Source: an uncultured Spirochaetota bacterium (GTDB lineage: Bacteria; Spirochaetota; Brevinematia; Brevinematales; JAOACQ01). From it: a stretch of 64,000 nucleotides of DNA. This document shows, in pieces, positions 20,501 to 29,407 of the stretch (the stretch's first letter is position 1; every line of letters begins with the position of its first letter). The translations under genes were made by a program, and so were the position numbers. The stretch is taken from assembly GCA_963768055.1 (NCBI GenBank), contig CAVYGN010000001.1, positions 736,001 through 800,000 of the forward strand, read 5' to 3'. The notes under the pieces were generated by a model. That model saw only the letters and a program-made list of their open reading frames with translations, did not search any database and was not told the origin of the DNA.

Positions 20501-23211
20501 CCGGATGTGATCCATTCAAGAAGGCGTCTGTGCGATACGGTCAGACGCCATAATGTCGAGATTATAGCGTTTAGAATGAAATAAGCCTCATATGCCATAA
20601 AGACGAACGAAAAACAAAATTGTGTAAAACGAATTCCGGCCGTCCGAACCGATGCCTTACGCGGTTTTTTCATGATTTCAAATAATGACATCAGCAGTCC
20701 GGGCAAACCTGTAAGAATGATTACAGCCGCAGGCCAGCCGGAAAGCAGAAGCAGAAGTGCAGATGCGGGAACCAGGCTTCGCCTCAAATTATCAAGGATC
20801 TTCCATTTTGATAAAAAAGAAAGCGGATTTCTTACATTGTTATGCCCGAAATCCGAAACGAGGGGTAAGAGCCACTTAGCGATCTGCCAATCGCCGCGGA
20901 CCCAGCGGTGCCTGCGTTGTACGTCTTTCAGGTAACCTTCCGGATAATCTTCATACAGCTGAATATCAGAAACAAGGGCGCTGCGTGCATAGCATCCTTC
21001 CAGCAGGTCATGGCTCAATATCAGGTTTTCCGGAAAACGCCCTTCTATGGATTTTTCAAAGGCGTCGATGTCATATAGTCCTTTTCCTATGAAGGAACCC
21101 TCTTGAAACAGGTCCTGGTATACATCCGATACCTCTTTAGTGTAGGGATCGATACCCGATTCACCCCCGTATACTTTAACGAAAGGGGAAGGATTATCCC
21201 CGGGATAGCCTGCCTCTACCCTGGGCTGAAGAATACCGTACCCGGCGGTTATGCGGTGTTTTTTTTCATCGTATACCGGCCTGTTCAGCGGATGCGAAAT
21301 TATTCCCACAAGGTCTCTTGCCGTATTCCGGGGCATCCGTGTATCCGTGTCGATCGTTATAACGTACTTAACATCCTGCAGACGCGAGGGATCGCCGATT
21401 ACAGTGCTGAACCTGGCCGTACCCCCGCCCCTGAGCAGGAAATTCAAATCCGAAAGTTTGCCTCTTTTCCGTTCATAACCCATCCATAATTTTTCCTGTA
21501 CATTCCATTTTCTTGGCCGGTGAAAGAGATAGAAAGTGTTTTCTTTTAGCCGCCTGTATTTTTGATTGAGTTTTTCTATTCCTTCTACAGCCTGTAAAAG
21601 TAATTGTTCGTCTCCGGGAACGGTTTCATGAACAGCATCGTTAAAATCCGTTAATAATGCGAAATCCAGATTGGGATCCGTGTTCGCGAGATAACGGACT
21701 TCAAGGTTTTCAATTAGCGATTCAACCGCCGAGGAGCTGCTGAGAATGGAGGGGACTACAATAAGCGTATGAGCCGATGCAGGTATGCCTTCAGAAAAAT
21801 CCATTTTAGGCAGTTTTTCAGGGGCGGCTAAGAGAGTTGAAATCCAGTTTACCAGGGATACAGCCGCCTGGCTGGCTGTAAACAGCAGCGGCAGGCTGAA
21901 TAAAAAAAGCCATTCCCGGTGCAGGTATCCCGGTTTCCATGGCAGGAACAAAGAGAGTGCCGCCGATGCGAATGTAATAATAAATATCGAGCCTATGTAT
22001 AAGAAGAGAAGCATCCGGGTATTTTTTGTGTGAAATCTCCCATGAGAGAACTTTTCAAGGCCTTTATCGATTAAATAATATCCTATATGTGCGGTGCGGT
22101 CATCAGGGCCTTTCAGGGATTTTGCCTCCTGTGCAGCCTGCACGACACTCGCCGCGATTTCCTCTTCCGTCTGCCCGCTTTGAATGGAAAGTTTTTCGAT
22201 CACATGGCGGTAACGGTCCCGTGTGACAAAAGACATTTTCCCGTAATCTCCGGAAGGGTCCTGTTTTAAAATATTTTCAACAAAGCTTAAATTCTCGACA
22301 AATTCATGCCAATCCACGGTATCCAGAAAGCGCAGGCTAATTATGGTATTTGCGATTGAAACCTGGTCCGCTGCCTGGTTTCTGCTTGTTAATTGAATAA
22401 GACGGTCGATTGTTTCCCCGTTTTCGGAAAGTTTTTTTTCAAGCCAGACAAGAGGAAAGTTTAGAGCGGAAGTCTGGCCCTGAAGCCTTCGCACAAATTC
22501 CGCCACGAAAGAATCCGAAAGCGGAAGGTCGAACTTCGCCATCGCGGCAATCTCGAGAACAATGCCGTCGGTATCTTTAACGGATATATCCAGGATACGG
22601 TTAGCCCAGTAATCCGCCCTGTCGTTGTCTATCTGCGAGCGCACCATGCGGTAGGAAACACGCCTCAAGTTTTCAATTAAAGCCAGCCTTATCATTATGG
22701 GAATGGCCCAGAGTTCCCCCAGCTTCAAATGTACTATCGACTGATATGCGGAAACAAAACCGGTAAGCCATTTTAAATCCACACGGCCGTCCCCATGGGA
22801 CACTATCTCCATGGCAATATCGTAAACCCTGGGATAACCGGCCAGCGGGCCTTTTATCAAAGTCGGCAATTCACGGCTGTAGCCCTTCGGCAGGAACCGC
22901 TGCGCGAGTCTTATCTGCTCTTCGATCAGATAGTAATTATCCAGCAGCCAGTCCCCGGCCGGCGAAACTTTTCTTTTGGCGTTTTCAGCCTCGGCAAGCA
23001 ATTCATTTGCTTTGACGATGATTTCTTCGTTTTCTTTCAGCCGGAAAAGAAGCTTTTCCCGCCCTCTTTTAAATCTGACCGAATGTTTTTCAGCCAGGCT
23101 TGCGGCGTACTGTTCGAATTGGTCCTGGCTGAAAAGCTCCGCCCTGAGCGGCTGTTCGTCAATATACTCCCTCACTGCCGAAAGATCATTTTTAAGAGAT
23201 TTTAGAGACAA
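14548..23211 (-). CDS. ndvB: Cyclic beta-1,2-glucan synthase (Cgs/NdvB/ChvB): GT84, cyclisation and GH94 phosphorylase domains
   Basis: 2887 aa. WLLDNYYLIEEQI, WMGYERKRGKL, IDTDT, SHDLLEG, RRHRWVRGDWQ, DLLASEARL, SWGGSMFEYLMP, YQSGGAYGFRDQLQD, GDWNDGMN, ENGAQYTHAA. TTG start with AAGGAG RBS. Confidence 0.93.
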   Translation of the reverse strand: MSLKSLKNDLSAVREYIDEQPLRAELFSQDQFEQYAASLAEKHSVRFKRGREKLLFRLKENEEIIVKANELLAEAENAKRKVSPAGDWLLDNYYLIEEQIRLAQRFLPKGYSRELPTLIKGPLAGYPRVYDIAMEIVSHGDGRVDLKWLTGFVSAYQSIVHLKLGELWAIPIMIRLALIENLRRVSYRMVRSQIDNDRADYWANRILDISVKDTDGIVLEIAAMAKFDLPLSDSFVAEFVRRLQGQTSALNFPLVWLEKKLSENGETIDRLIQLTSRNQAADQVSIANTIISLRFLDTVDWHEFVENLSFVENILKQDPSGDYGKMSFVTRDRYRHVIEKLSIQSGQTEEEIAASVVQAAQEAKSLKGPDDRTAHIGYYLIDKGLEKFSHGRFHTKNTRMLLFLYIGSIFIITFASAALSLFLPWKPGYLHREWLFLFSLPLLFTASQAAVSLVNWISTLLAAPEKLPKMDFSEGIPASAHTLIVVPSILSSSSAVESLIENLEVRYLANTDPNLDFALLTDFNDAVHETVPGDEQLLLQAVEGIEKLNQKYRRLKENTFYLFHRPRKWNVQEKLWMGYERKRGKLSDLNFLLRGGGTARFSTVIGDPSRLQDVKYVITIDTDTRMPRNTARDLVGIISHPLNRPVYDEKKHRITAGYGILQPRVEAGYPGDNPSPFVKVYGGESGIDPYTKEVSDVYQDLFQEGSFIGKGLYDIDAFEKSIEGRFPENLILSHDLLEGCYARSALVSDIQLYEDYPEGYLKDVQRRHRWVRGDWQIAKWLLPLVSDFGHNNVRNPLSFLSKWKILDNLRRSLVPASALLLLLSGWPAAVIILTGLPGLLMSLFEIMKKPRKASVRTAGIRFTQFCFSFVFMAYEAYFILNAIISTLWRLTVSHRRLLEWITSGEPENNSPKSPIGFYKRMFISPVAAVSLLIVSVLMFKYTGAFVFIISILWLLSPAIAYIISGTPSAIKAGLSGEQLVFLRTIARRTWGFFETFVTGQDNWLPPDNFQEKFLGAAAHRTSPTNIGLSLLSNLAAYDFGYISMGRLLDRTGKTFHTMKGMEKYRGHFYNWYDTITIKPLKPLYISSVDSGNMAGHLMVLRSGLLELPGNKILSLKIFDGLCDTLNILHENVKGRGDTFKIVNEEIEHIRDKIDSPPARLSEIYPLLNGLTADISKILSILDLQYSEKIKKWVKALEKQCYDCLEELSFYSPWVLLPPLIPGIWDKGDDEQKKRLARFREELSGLNEIPTLREAARLELKLLPLVDSILEHFILNDDESIKGNEWFAAFRASIKDAGARSSARIVLINDLAQICSEMSVMEYEFLYNRSSHLLSIGYNVAEHKPDPSFYDLLASEARLGSFVAIAQGRLPQEHWFMLGRLLSKPGGKPVLVSWGGSMFEYLMPLLVMPSYEGTLLNKTYKTMVSRQIDYAFRNNIPWGISESGYNKLDASMAYQYRAFGIPDIGFKRGLSEDLVVAPYASALALMVTPDKACTNLENLRTEGFNGEYGFYEAIDYTPSRLAHNETHAVVKSFMAHHQGMSLLALAYCLLDKPMQRRFLADPMFKATELLLQERVPKDVPFLYDIEVTGLLRKIEEREALLRVFPNPNTPVPEIHLLSNGKYSVMVTNSGGGYSSWNNIAITRWHEDTALENEGTFLYLRDMKTGEYWSSAYQPALQKSGNYEAIFSRSWAEFKRRDHHIETHTKIAVSPEDDIELRRVTITNRSRTKRIIELTSYAEVVLNYPANDYAHKSFSNLFVQTEIIRSHQAIICTRRPRSEKDAFPIMLHLMAVHGNSIEGATYETDRNKFIGRCNTPERPLAMQTREALSGSEGSVLDPIVSIRCRIELENDESATIDYITGICGSRESTRALMEKYRDRNLADRVFDLAWTNGQVELQQINTTESEAQLYGRLASAIVYSNPVWRANPAILRQNLRGQSDLWGHGISGDLPIVLVSIEHQENIDLITQMVKAHSFWSLKGLITDLVIWNEDHSVYRDSMSERINGLISAYAEAGSKHQGRIFLRRTDQMSEDDKILLQTATRIVITDKGGTLAEQIEYKAQPRIIRFPFAPGKKSRQPYGTTGEKFGERSDLEYFNGLGGFTHDGREYVITTNLSARTPAPWVNVLANRNFGTIVSESGSAYTWSENAHEYRLTPWKNDPVTDACGEALYLRDEETGFFWSPAPLPAGGKTIYVTRHGFGYSIFEHEEWGIFTELTVFVSLEHPVKFAVLKVKNNSGRKRILSAAAYYELVMGTFRDKFHMHISTEVDPKSGALLAYNPYNKDFTDRIVFLDTNETARFVCGDRIEFIGRNGTMAAPAAMLCERLSGNTGAGLDPCASMQVIFQLDDSYEKEIIFIFGSGKSVDEARGFLQRFNGAESVRRELEAVWEYWKHTLGVVYIETPDNSINFLVNGWLQYQVISCRLWGRSGFYQSGGAYGFRDQLQDCMALMHTNPGMAREQLLTFASRQFIEGDVQHWWHPSSGAGIRTHCSDDYLWLPLVTCLYVNEIGDTGVLEEQAAFLEGPPVKPGDESYFETPKRSGKSGTLYEHCVLAVKKSLNFGIHGLPLMGSGDWNDGMNLVGNKGKGESVWLAFFLYYVLKSMSVLSLNRGDASFSELCLKEADLLSQNIEENAWDGQWYIRAYFDNGEILGSSSNMECQIDSIPQSWAVISGESGAQRAKAAMDQVDRRLVDRKDGLIKLFDPPFDKSANNPGYIMGYVPGVRENGAQYTHAAVWAVIAFALLKDRNRAWELLNLINPVRHSDTPDKCDVYKVEPFVMCGDVYTALPHAGRGGWTWYTGSASWMYQLIVKYLLGIQLKVDRLSFEPCLPEEWNSFKIHYRYRETFYHITIVRAGASDNVVSVAVDGIKREDKFLPLFDDRAEHLAEVVIG

Positions 23212-23248
23212 TAAAAACTCCTTGATCTAAAAAAGTAGTTTCAAGGTC

Positions 23249-23257
23249 ATTATAGCA
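23249..23257 (-). promoter_or_regulatory. Extended -10 promoter for the glucan synthase
   Basis: TGCTATAAT (TGnTATAAT) on the minus strand about 40 nt upstream of the start. Confidence 0.55.
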
Positions 23258-23305
23258 CAGTTCGGTAAGAAAGGAAAAGGGGTGAAGGGGTGGGGGGGTA
23301 GGACA

Positions 23306-23554
23306 TCAGCTTCTCCATAAATAATCTTCGCCTAATTGCGTTAAATAAATAAGGTCGTCCTTCTTTATCTTAATAAAACCTTTAGTTTCAAGGGATTTTA
23401 AAACATTTTCCAGATTTTCATAATTGCTGGGGCTCATATATTTATGCACCTGCCCGGCAATCTCCTTTCTCGATATGCTGTCTTCAGTTATCGACTTATA
23501 ATATCTGAATATCTCTAAAAATTCTTTCTCGGCATTATTTAAATTTTCCGACAT
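23306..23554 (-). CDS. Small hypothetical protein, winged-helix-like
   Basis: LKSLETKGFIKI...IYLTQLGEDYL resembles a wHTH wing. Confidence 0.6.
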   Translation of the reverse strand: MSENLNNAEKEFLEIFRYYKSITEDSISRKEIAGQVHKYMSPSNYENLENVLKSLETKGFIKIKKDDLIYLTQLGEDYLWRS

Positions 23555-23572
23555 TTTTCGTCTCTTTCGTTA

Positions 23573-25006
23573 TTATAACTTTTGAATTTTTACAGGGAAC
23601 GATATAGTAAATTTAGTCCCGTCGACCGAATTTATCCTGACGGTTCCCTTTAGTTGCAAAATCAGTAAATTTACCATTAATAGCCCGAATGACTGCATGG
23701 TATTGTTCAGGTCGAAACCTGGCGGAAATCCTTTGCCGTCGTCCCGAACAATTAAATTGCAAAGTCCGGTATTTTTATCGGAAAATAATTTTACAAGGAT
23801 TATACCCGCTTCTCCTTCTGCAAAGGCATGTTTGAGACAATTCGATACCAATTCATTGAGAATAAGGCCGCATGGGATCGCATCATCGATGCCGAGATGG
23901 ATATCCTCCGCCTCGATTTTAATCATTATCTCATTCCGCTTGTAACTTGAGCGCAGGTTGCTGATTAGTTTAGGAATAAATATCCCGAAGTTGATGTCGG
24001 CAAAATTAGTGAATTTATATAAGTCATTTTGGATAAGGGCCATTGTTTTTATTCGGCTTATGCTGTCTATAAACAAATCGGCAGCTTCAGGATCCTTCAC
24101 ATATTGTAATTGAGAGTTGAGCATGCTTTGAATAAGCCGCATGTTGTTTCTAATCCGGTGATGTATTTCTTTTAATAGAATTTCTTTTTCTTTAATTGAA
24201 GCTTTTAACTTTTCTTCGGCATTTTTTATTTCAGTCATATCCCTGAACGATTCGACGGCCCCTATGATATTTCCATTAATACCGTATAGAATTGAAGACG
24301 TCTCCCAGATACGAATATTTTTATCTTCCGATATGAGGAACCTGCCGGCGATAAGAATGTCTTCAGTTTTTTGAAAATAGCTGTAATTTTTTTCGATTTC
24401 GTTAAAGGGTTTCAGCATCAGATCAATAAGTAATCGCTTTTCATAACCATAAAACGGCACTTCATTTTCATAATCCCTTTTCCCGATAATATCCTGCGAT
24501 TTTACACCTGATATCTTTTCCAGGGCTTTATTCCATAAATAAACCTTCAAATTGACATCGATTACGAACGTCGGATCGGGAATATTGTTAAGGATATTGA
24601 ATAATAATTCTTCAGAGTGTTTTATGGTTAAATCGTTCAGCTTTTTTTCAGTTATATTTTTAACACAGATAAGCCTGGCCGGTTTGCCCTCCCACGCTGT
24701 TGTTATTGAAATGATTTTAACAAAAACCAGGCGGCCGTTTTTATTTAATATGCGGAAGACCAGATCATCCGGTAATTCTTCTTTATTGGCTATTTTATTC
24801 TGAAAATCAGAGACTTTTTCCCTGTCGTCTATATGAATAAAATCGAAAACGTTTTTATCTTTTACGTCATTTAGAGAATACCCTAAATTCTCGAGCGGTT
24901 TTTGGTTTACATATTCTATTTTATTATCCTGAATAACTATTATGAGATGGGTTGCGTTTTCTAATAATAATTTGTATTGTATATAATTGTTATAGTCCCC
25001 TCCCAT
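23573..25006 (-). CDS. PAS-PAS sensor histidine kinase (HisKA_2 type)
   Basis: FIHIDDRE PAS; LLKEIHHRIRNN H-box; GLILNELVSNCLKHAF, VRDDGKGFP. Confidence 0.9.
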   Translation of the reverse strand: MGGDYNNYIQYKLLLENATHLIIVIQDNKIEYVNQKPLENLGYSLNDVKDKNVFDFIHIDDREKVSDFQNKIANKEELPDDLVFRILNKNGRLVFVKIISITTAWEGKPARLICVKNITEKKLNDLTIKHSEELLFNILNNIPDPTFVIDVNLKVYLWNKALEKISGVKSQDIIGKRDYENEVPFYGYEKRLLIDLMLKPFNEIEKNYSYFQKTEDILIAGRFLISEDKNIRIWETSSILYGINGNIIGAVESFRDMTEIKNAEEKLKASIKEKEILLKEIHHRIRNNMRLIQSMLNSQLQYVKDPEAADLFIDSISRIKTMALIQNDLYKFTNFADINFGIFIPKLISNLRSSYKRNEIMIKIEAEDIHLGIDDAIPCGLILNELVSNCLKHAFAEGEAGIILVKLFSDKNTGLCNLIVRDDGKGFPPGFDLNNTMQSFGLLMVNLLILQLKGTVRINSVDGTKFTISFPVKIQKL

Positions 25007-25038
25007 ATATTACTCCCTTATCCGGCCTGCCCGGCAGC

Positions 25039-27204
25039 TTACTTTACAGTCATATTGAAAACACAATCCCAGTCGGCGGGAGGCGGATTATTCTTAAAGA
25101 TTATGCAGCGGTCGTAAAATACCTGGCTTGGCCCGTCTTTGTATTTTTCAACATTTTCAATGAATATTGACCTGGCTTCATCCCAATTCCTGTTGCGGTA
25201 GAGTTTAAGGCCTTTTTCAAATTTTTCTTTCAACTCGACTGTTTCCTTATTCATCCTGCTTTTTTCCCCGACAATCTCATATATAGTAATCGGTTCTTTT
25301 TTCCCTTTTACAGTCATCAAATCAATTTCCCTGCACACATATATATTGCGCACCTGATTATAAACGCTTGACGTGATTAGCGATTTTGTTTTGTACTCTT
25401 TATTCGCACCCTCAAGCCTAGCCGCTATATTAACATTGTCTCCAATGCAGGTAAAGTCCATCCTTTCCCTCGCTCCCATGCTTCCGAATATAACCTGGCC
25501 AGAGTTTATACCTATTCCTATATCGATACTCGGCTCGTTGTTCGCTATGCGTTTTTCCTTTTCCGCCCCCATGGCTTTCTGGATTTCCAGGCTCGCTTTG
25601 CAGGCGTTTAACTCCTTGTCCGGACCGTCGAAAACCGACATCACCTCATCGCCCACAAATTTGTCAATGTCTCCTTTATTTTCGAGTATGATCTGTGTCT
25701 GCAGATCCAGGTAATAATTTAAAATCTCCACGACTTCATTGGGTGTCTTACCTTCGCTTATAGTTGTAAATCCGCGAATGTCCGTAAAGACGAAGGCCAG
25801 GTCTTTAATTGCCGAGGTTTTTCCCTCCTTTTCAGAATACTGAAGCGTGGAGGCTGAAATATATGGAATAATACCCTTGATTACCGTTACCATCTTGTTT
25901 ATCTCCAGAGAGAGGGTTTTAAGTTCATCCTGGGAATGGATCATATCTTCATACTTCAGGTTGGATGCCTTGATTTCTTCACTTCCAAGGATCATGTTGG
26001 ATAAAGTTGAGCTGATCTTCCTTGTATTCATCTGGAGGAATAGAATCGGGAAAACAATATTACTTCCGAAAATGAAAATTAAAATTATAGACAGGTAGAT
26101 GAAAAATATTGCCAATATTATAATACGGAACTGGGTCTGGCGGTAAGTTTTAAATATTTCGTCCTGGTTGTATTGAACGACGGAATATCCCAATTTCTTA
26201 TTTCCCATGTAAATAGGGGCGATGATATCATAATTTTTTGTCTGGATGTTATATCGGGTGGTAACATCGCTGATCGCATAATAATCCCATTTCAATGTTT
26301 TACCCACGAGTTTGTCGTCCGTTGATAAAAGGATAACAGACCTGGCGGTCGCTTTATCATTTCCGTACCAGGAGATTGAATTAAAAGGCAGGGTAGACGC
26401 CTTGTTTTTTGCCTCCAGCCTTTTGAAATATGAGTTGACTTCTAAGTTGAGTATTTCCTTTCCTTTTGTTCTGACTTTCAGATTTTCGAGAATATAACCG
26501 GCGCTTTGTTCCGCAAGTACAGTTCCCTCTGCAATAACGGATCCTAAGATAGTCTTTCTGAATTGACTCAGCGATATCGAACTGAGGGATAATATTATGA
26601 CCAGATTTGTAAGGATAAATAATATTAACAGTTTTTGTAAAATTCCCAGCCGGACAGCCTTTTGCTGTAGTTTTATCTGCTGCATAGCGTCGCTCGATCC
26701 CGACAGCGCGATATAACTTTTGTATGACCGGCTTAGATTTCTGGTATTATTGATAATATTGATCGTCTGTATAAAACTGTATATTATCGTCGTTATTATA
26801 ATTACCCTTGTAAAAAGATCTATATCGCGCATTTCTAAATCTTTATTTAAAATAATCAATATTATTAAAAGAAACGCCAGCCCGGAAAAGATGAAATTCA
26901 TAATAAACGACACATAATGATAGGGCTTGAAAAGCCCGGGATATTTTTCCTTCAAAAAGACAGAGGCGATTTTAATTAATAATACGGCCGGAGTTAAAAA
27001 GAGTAACAAAGATGCCGGGAAAAGCCAGAAATAGGGCACCCCTACATTATTCTTAAAACTGTCAATATTAGTAATAATTTTTATTAATTCGATTTTAATA
27101 CCTGTGTTTGCAATAATTATCGGCGCCAGCAGCCAGAATAGGAGCATTGTGAAAAATACAATATCGATTATAAGAAATAACGAAATCTGTTTTTTCCCGT
27201 TCAT
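25039..27204 (-). CDS. Membrane-bound class III adenylate cyclase
   Basis: FTDIRGFT, DKFVGDEVM, FTCIGDNVNIAARLE with ATP-type K/T residues; N-terminal TMs, periplasmic loop, HAMP-like linker, C-terminal TPR-like helices. Confidence 0.9.
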   Translation of the reverse strand: MNGKKQISLFLIIDIVFFTMLLFWLLAPIIIANTGIKIELIKIITNIDSFKNNVGVPYFWLFPASLLLFLTPAVLLIKIASVFLKEKYPGLFKPYHYVSFIMNFIFSGLAFLLIILIILNKDLEMRDIDLFTRVIIITTIIYSFIQTINIINNTRNLSRSYKSYIALSGSSDAMQQIKLQQKAVRLGILQKLLILFILTNLVIILSLSSISLSQFRKTILGSVIAEGTVLAEQSAGYILENLKVRTKGKEILNLEVNSYFKRLEAKNKASTLPFNSISWYGNDKATARSVILLSTDDKLVGKTLKWDYYAISDVTTRYNIQTKNYDIIAPIYMGNKKLGYSVVQYNQDEIFKTYRQTQFRIIILAIFFIYLSIILIFIFGSNIVFPILFLQMNTRKISSTLSNMILGSEEIKASNLKYEDMIHSQDELKTLSLEINKMVTVIKGIIPYISASTLQYSEKEGKTSAIKDLAFVFTDIRGFTTISEGKTPNEVVEILNYYLDLQTQIILENKGDIDKFVGDEVMSVFDGPDKELNACKASLEIQKAMGAEKEKRIANNEPSIDIGIGINSGQVIFGSMGARERMDFTCIGDNVNIAARLEGANKEYKTKSLITSSVYNQVRNIYVCREIDLMTVKGKKEPITIYEIVGEKSRMNKETVELKEKFEKGLKLYRNRNWDEARSIFIENVEKYKDGPSQVFYDRCIIFKNNPPPADWDCVFNMTVK

Positions 27205-27462
27205 AACTTGCCTCGATCAGGATGATTTATAAACCGTCTGCGATAAACAGATTATTTTTATCAACTTAATATTAATAAAACACCATTATAATGAATTATA
27301 GACCATATTTACAGTTTAGTCAACTAATAAATTGTTTTACTGTAATGAATTATAATCCGCTCATCAATTTTTCAACTGAAAATTTATTTCATTGCCGGAA
27401 AAATAATTAAATTTTGATAAATATGCCAATCAGGGATAGAATCCCGGATATTACCACTGTTA

Positions 27463-27501
27463 AACATTAACCTTGACGTTAATGTTAATGTTAATTATAA
27501 T
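27463..27501 (+). promoter_or_regulatory. sigma70 promoter with overlapping operator for the MerR operon
   Basis: TTGACG-17 nt-TATAAT (27473..27501); inverted repeat AACATTAAC-N6-GTTAATGTT across the -35; GTTAAT x3 in the spacer. Confidence 0.7.
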
Positions 27502-27531
27502 ATTAAAAAATTTACTGAATGAGTAATAAAG

Positions 27532-27933
27532 ATGGAGAATTTATCCGGATTGCTTAAAATCGAAGAAGCTGCCGTAAAAACAGGGCTGACAAAAAGGGCC
27601 TTAAGGTATTATGAGGAATTAAAGCTCATATTTCCCGTACGAGGAGAGTCGGGTTACAGGATGTATACCGGCGAAGACATTGAAAAGGTCCTGAGGATCA
27701 AGGAGATCAAGAGCAGCCTTGGATTCGGATTGAACGAAATCAAGGATATTTTCGAACTGGAAAAGAATCTTATAACTATTATAAAAGATAAGAATTATGA
27801 TACCGCTTTGATAGGCAGTTCCATTAAAGAGATTAACAGGCAGATCCTTCTGATTGAGGACAAGGAAGCCACACTGAAAAGGGTCAAAAGGAAATATCAT
27901 GCTATTCTCAAGCAGTTGAAGGAAATAAAATGA
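27532..27933 (+). CDS. MerR family transcriptional regulator
   Basis: LKIEEAAVKTGLTKRALRYYEELKLIFP..GYRMY..LGFGLNEIK. Confidence 0.92.
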   Translation: MENLSGLLKIEEAAVKTGLTKRALRYYEELKLIFPVRGESGYRMYTGEDIEKVLRIKEIKSSLGFGLNEIKDIFELEKNLITIIKDKNYDTALIGSSIKEINRQILLIEDKEATLKRVKRKYHAILKQLKEIK

Positions 27934-29390
27934 AAAAGATCGATTACAAGTGGATCGCTCTCTCCTGCACATCGATAGGGTTGTTTTTTGCCGTTATAAG
28001 CGGTAATACCCTGATCGTAGCGCTGCCGGTTATAATGAAGGACCTGAATGCGTCATTTCAGGAGATCATCTGGAGTATGATGGGTTTTATGTTTATAATG
28101 AGCATTTTGGTCCCCGCGATTGGAAGAGTGGCGGATATGATAGGCAGGAAAAAGCTTTTTATTGCGGGTTTTATTGTATTTACCCTGGGTTCGCTGCTTT
28201 GCGCTTTTTCGAGGACTGGAACAGACCTTCTCTTATACAGGATGGTACAGGCGATCGGCGGGGCTCTAATGGCGGCTAACAGCGTGCCGATAATAACGGA
28301 CGCCTTCCACAGGAAAGAGCTAGGCAAGGCTTTAGGCATCAATGGAATGATAATAAGCATCGGCGGAGTTGTAGGGCCGGTCCTGGGGGGGCTTTTGATA
28401 AGCATGGGCTGGCGCTGGATTTTCTATATAAACGTCCCGATCGGCATTATCGGGACAATCTGGGCCGCAGTCCAGCTTAAGGAACTCGATGTACTTCCGG
28501 CGAAGCAGAAATTTGACTGGCCCGGGACAATCCTTTACTCAACCGGCATGCTTGCCCTGCTTCTTTTCCTTACCTTCGGCGGACTCTACGGATGGCTGAA
28601 ACCGGGAGTATTTATTGCGCTTGCAGGGGCTGTCATTTTATTGCCTCTTTTCGTTTATATAGAATTCCGGTCGGCTGAACCCCTGCTGGACATGAGGCTT
28701 TTCGAATCAAGGGCGCTGGCATTTGCATACATGTCAAATCTTCTAAACGGCATAGCCAGAGGAGCGGTTACCTTTCTCCTTATCTTTTATTTCCAGGGGA
28801 TAAAAGGGATCGACCCTATCCAGGCCGCTGTAATGCTTATACCCTTTGTACTGCCGCAGATGATCGTAGCCCCTGTTTGCGGATGGCTTTCCGACAGGAT
28901 CGGTTCAAGAATCCTGAGTTCCATCGGGCTCTTTGTATCCGCCCTTGGATTTTTAGGGCTTATCTGGATAAAGCCCGAGAGTTCTTATATGGAATTATCA
29001 ATAGCAATGATAATTATCGGAATAGGCTCCGGTATGTTCTTTGCGCCGAACAACAAAGCCATTATGGAAGCGGTTCCTGTTGAAAGAAGGGGCATAGCGG
29101 GCGGGGTACGCACTATGATGAATAATCTCGGCATGATCGTCAGCATGGCGCTCTGCATGACCGTTATTATTTCCTGCATCACACCGGAAGCCTTCTCCGG
29201 GCTTATGACAGGGACACAGGTCGGTTCAAAGGGTATTGCCGTAAAGGAATTTATTTCAGGTTTGAGAATACTATTCTTAATCTCATTTTTGATCAGCATA
29301 TTTGCAGCCTTTATTTCATATCTGAGAGGGAGTCTGCCTGACTGGCGGCATGACACTGCGCATCAGCAGAAACAAACAGTAGATTTTTAA
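27930..29390 (+). CDS. DHA2 (EmrB/QacA) MFS efflux transporter
   Basis: GRVADMIGRK, GPVLGGLL, WRWIFYINVPIG; 14-TM layout. Confidence 0.9.
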   Translation: MKKIDYKWIALSCTSIGLFFAVISGNTLIVALPVIMKDLNASFQEIIWSMMGFMFIMSILVPAIGRVADMIGRKKLFIAGFIVFTLGSLLCAFSRTGTDLLLYRMVQAIGGALMAANSVPIITDAFHRKELGKALGINGMIISIGGVVGPVLGGLLISMGWRWIFYINVPIGIIGTIWAAVQLKELDVLPAKQKFDWPGTILYSTGMLALLLFLTFGGLYGWLKPGVFIALAGAVILLPLFVYIEFRSAEPLLDMRLFESRALAFAYMSNLLNGIARGAVTFLLIFYFQGIKGIDPIQAAVMLIPFVLPQMIVAPVCGWLSDRIGSRILSSIGLFVSALGFLGLIWIKPESSYMELSIAMIIIGIGSGMFFAPNNKAIMEAVPVERRGIAGGVRTMMNNLGMIVSMALCMTVIISCITPEAFSGLMTGTQVGSKGIAVKEFISGLRILFLISFLISIFAAFISYLRGSLPDWRHDTAHQQKQTVDF

Positions 29391-29407
29391 AATAATAGGA
29401 GCTTTTT

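Noticed and set aside
14951..23230. Many 60-136 aa ORFs inside cgs (similar ones lie inside pfp, purH and the ABC genes)
   Set aside because: Shadow ORFs overlapping a well-supported gene.
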